Assembly (NCBI GenBank): GCA_016839515.1
Contig: JAEOUE010000254.1
Coordinates: 20,932-84,931 of the forward strand
DNA: 64,000 nt
Direction of reading: 5' to 3'
Source of the DNA: Candidatus Hodarchaeum mangrovi
Lineage (GTDB): Archaea > Asgardarchaeota > Heimdallarchaeia > Hodarchaeales > Hodarchaeaceae
A program made the position numbers and the translations under genes. Below, piece by piece: positions 61,743 to 64,000 of the stretch. Each line of letters starts with the position of its first letter. Within the stretch, counting starts at the first letter, position 1. Under the pieces are notes generated by a model. It ran no database searches, was not told the origin of the DNA, and saw only the letters and a list, made by a program, of their open reading frames with translations.

Positions 61743-63002
61743 ATGAAGGTTTATACTTTGAAAGTATTTCTGGATAACAATTCTAGTTCCAAAGTTTCGG
61801 AAACAGTAGTAAAAGCTATGATACCGTACTTTACCGATATAGTTTCTCCACCAGGAAGTGAATATGGTATTTCAGCGGGAATTGAAGCTAAAGAAGCTCT
61901 TGATGAAGCACGTAGAGTCATTGCAGAGAAACTCAATGCTGATCCTGATGAAATTGTTTTTACAAGTGGTCAAACAGAGTCAAACAATTTAGCGATTAAG
62001 GGGGTTGCATTTGCAAACCTTAATAATGAAAATAAATATATAATCGCCTCTAGTGTTTCCCACTTCTCGGTATTAGACAGTTTGGAGTCATTAAAGAAGT
62101 ATTTTGGCTTTGAATATGATTTAATTAAGGTAGATTCAGAGGGATTCATCGATAGAACTCACTTATCTGAATTATTAGCCAAAAATCCTCTAATAGTCTC
62201 TATCCCTCATGGTAATCAAGAAATTGGCACTGTAGAAGATCTTGAGGACATTATTGCTCTTTGTCATAAATTTAATTCCTTAATTCATATTGAAGCGTCT
62301 TATAGTTTTTGTAAAGTTCCTTTAGATGCTTCTAAGCCAGATTTAGTAACAGTAACGAGTCACTTAATCCATGGACCAAAAGGAGTAGGAGCATTAAAGA
62401 TTGGAAAAAAAGTAAAAATTGTACGGCTCATGGATGGAGGTCTCCAAGAAAATAAAAAACGTGGAGGAACAGAAAATATTCCAGGAATAGTGGGTTTTGC
62501 TACAGCTGTATCTGAATATACACCAGAAATTAATAAATATACACAAGAACTTAGAGACTACTTATGGGAAAATTTAAAGAAAAATATTGCTAATTTTCAG
62601 CTTACAGGAGCAGTAGATAAAACAAAAAGATTACCAAATCATCTTTCCCTTGTATTTAACTATGTTGAGGGAGAATCGATCTTGCTTCATCTAGATATGC
62701 TAGGATTTATGATTGCAACAGGTAGTGCATGTTCTTCAAAACGACTTGAAGCCAGTCATGTTCTTACAGCCATAGGATTACCAACGGAAGTAAGTCATGG
62801 AAGTGTTCGGATTGCAGTTAGTCAATATAATACAAAGGAAGAAATAGATGCGTTTATTCCTGAATTAGCAAAAGTCATTAAACGTCTTAGAGAAATGAGT
62901 CCTGTTAATGCGGAATTTATGAAAGAATATTTTGAGATGAAAGCAAGTGGAAAAATACATGATGAACATGATCATCATGATGAAATAGAAGAGCATGATT
63001 AA
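61743..63002 (+). CDS. iscS: IscS/NifS-like cysteine desulfurase homolog lacking the PLP lysine
   Basis: FTSGQTESNN, GGTEN and TGSACSS are present; SxHK reads TSHL. His/acidic C-terminal tail. Confidence 0.9.
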   Translation: MKVYTLKVFLDNNSSSKVSETVVKAMIPYFTDIVSPPGSEYGISAGIEAKEALDEARRVIAEKLNADPDEIVFTSGQTESNNLAIKGVAFANLNNENKYIIASSVSHFSVLDSLESLKKYFGFEYDLIKVDSEGFIDRTHLSELLAKNPLIVSIPHGNQEIGTVEDLEDIIALCHKFNSLIHIEASYSFCKVPLDASKPDLVTVTSHLIHGPKGVGALKIGKKVKIVRLMDGGLQENKKRGGTENIPGIVGFATAVSEYTPEINKYTQELRDYLWENLKKNIANFQLTGAVDKTKRLPNHLSLVFNYVEGESILLHLDMLGFMIATGSACSSKRLEASHVLTAIGLPTEVSHGSVRIAVSQYNTKEEIDAFIPELAKVIKRLREMSPVNAEFMKEYFEMKASGKIHDEHDHHDEIEEHD

Positions 63003-63411
63003 GATGGCACATCTATATTCAAAAGAAGTTATAGATCTATTTATGAATCCCCAAAATATGGGTGAAATAGAAAATCCCGATGGGGTAGGTAAGATAGGTA
63101 ATCCTGTATGTGGAGACATTATGTGGATTTATCTTAAGATCAATCCTGAATCCGATGTAATTGAAGACATTAAAGTAAAAACTTTCGGTTGTGTAGCAGC
63201 TATTGCTACGAGCTCAAAGACAACAATGATGACCAAAGGAAAAACGCTAAAAGAGGCTTATAGATTAACAAAAAAGCAGGTAGCAGATGAATTAGGTGGT
63301 TTACCTAAACAAAAAATGCATTGTTCTAACCTTGCTGTTGATGCCTTACACAGAGCTATGGAAGATTATCTGAAGAAAAATGGCCGTTCAATGGATGAAT
63401 TGGTGGATTAA
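62995..63411 (+). CDS. iscU: Fe-S scaffold IscU/NifU-N
   Basis: GNPVCGD, TFGC, KMHCS. Confidence 0.95.
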   Translation: MIKMAHLYSKEVIDLFMNPQNMGEIENPDGVGKIGNPVCGDIMWIYLKINPESDVIEDIKVKTFGCVAAIATSSKTTMMTKGKTLKEAYRLTKKQVADELGGLPKQKMHCSNLAVDALHRAMEDYLKKNGRSMDELVD

Positions 63412-63416
63412 ACATA

Positions 63417-63671
63417 TTGTCTGGTCTATTAGTGGATGAAACTATTGATATAACAGGATTAATTTGTCCTGTTCCACTTATAGAAACACGACGAGCTATT
63501 AAAAGAGCAAAAGAAGGACAGTTAATCGAATTTATTGGCACATCAGCTGAATCTACATCACGAAAAGACATCTTATTGGCAATAGAAAATTTGAAACAAG
63601 AACTTCTTTCTAATGAAAACATTTTGGATTCAGATAAATGGCGTATAATAATAAGAGTACAAAAAGAATAA
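63417..63671 (+). CDS. tusA: TusA/SirA-family sulfur carrier
   Basis: DITGLICPVP. Confidence 0.85.
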   Translation: MSGLLVDETIDITGLICPVPLIETRRAIKRAKEGQLIEFIGTSAESTSRKDILLAIENLKQELLSNENILDSDKWRIIIRVQKE

Positions 63672-63789
63672 ATGATGTAATATTAAATCCTTATTCAAAT
63701 TAATGATTAATTCCGCAAAATACTGTGTTTTTAACGAATATAATTTTCAAAAAAATATTACAATCACTTACATTTGAAGCGGTGTAAAT

Positions 63790-64000
63790 ATGATTATTGA
63801 ATTGTTTCCTATTTTAATTTTTAGCCTAGTAACTTCTCTCAGAGAAGTATTAGAGGCTGCATTAATAATTGGTATTATATTAGGATATTTAAATGTTATT
63901 GATCATAGAGAAATGAAAAAAGATGTATTATATGGAATTCTGAGTGCTATTTGGGCTAGTATTTTATTGGCAATTATTTTTTTGACTTTTTTTTCTGGAT
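63790..64000 (+). CDS. FTR1-family iron permease, truncated by the window edge (not in ORF track)
   Basis: Manual translation MIIELFPILIFSLVTSLREVLEAALIIGIILGYL contains the RExxE motif. Confidence 0.85.
   Translation, partial: MIIELFPILIFSLVTSLREVLEAALIIGIILGYLNVIDHREMKKDVLYGILSAIWASILLAIIFLTFFSG

Noticed and set aside
1-64000. rRNA, tRNA, CRISPR arrays, transposases, integrases, prophage genes
   Set aside because: None recognised by eye. tRNAscan-SE and Infernal runs would be needed to exclude small RNAs.

Overview
AT-rich, gene-dense archaeal chromosome segment. A Rab-like GTPase, several longin-like proteins, a type II Map and a C-terminally anchored surface protein point to an Asgard archaeon, probably Heimdallarchaeia/Hodarchaeales; this is inferred from gene content only. 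It holds about 55 CDS, mostly metabolic or transport, and I saw no rRNA, tRNA, CRISPR array or IS element. Main candidate system (39890-41835): a class I SAM methyltransferase fused to an HgcA-like corrinoid/membrane protein (NVWCAAGG), followed by an HgcB-like ferredoxin, i.e. a possibly self-contained SAM-to-corrinoid methylation module related to the mercury methylase. Other highlights: (1) two genes that appear to start at CTG and ACG, each 6 nt after the same GGTGGA motif; (2) a radical SAM/DUF4130 DNA-repair pair with a C-terminal PCNA-binding PIP box; (3) an IscS lacking the PLP lysine in an iscS-iscU-tusA-FTR1 cluster; (4) a higher-GC two-gene islet; (5) a NUDIX pseudogene; (6) several eukaryote-like trafficking proteins. 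All family calls come from motif recognition by eye, not from database searches.
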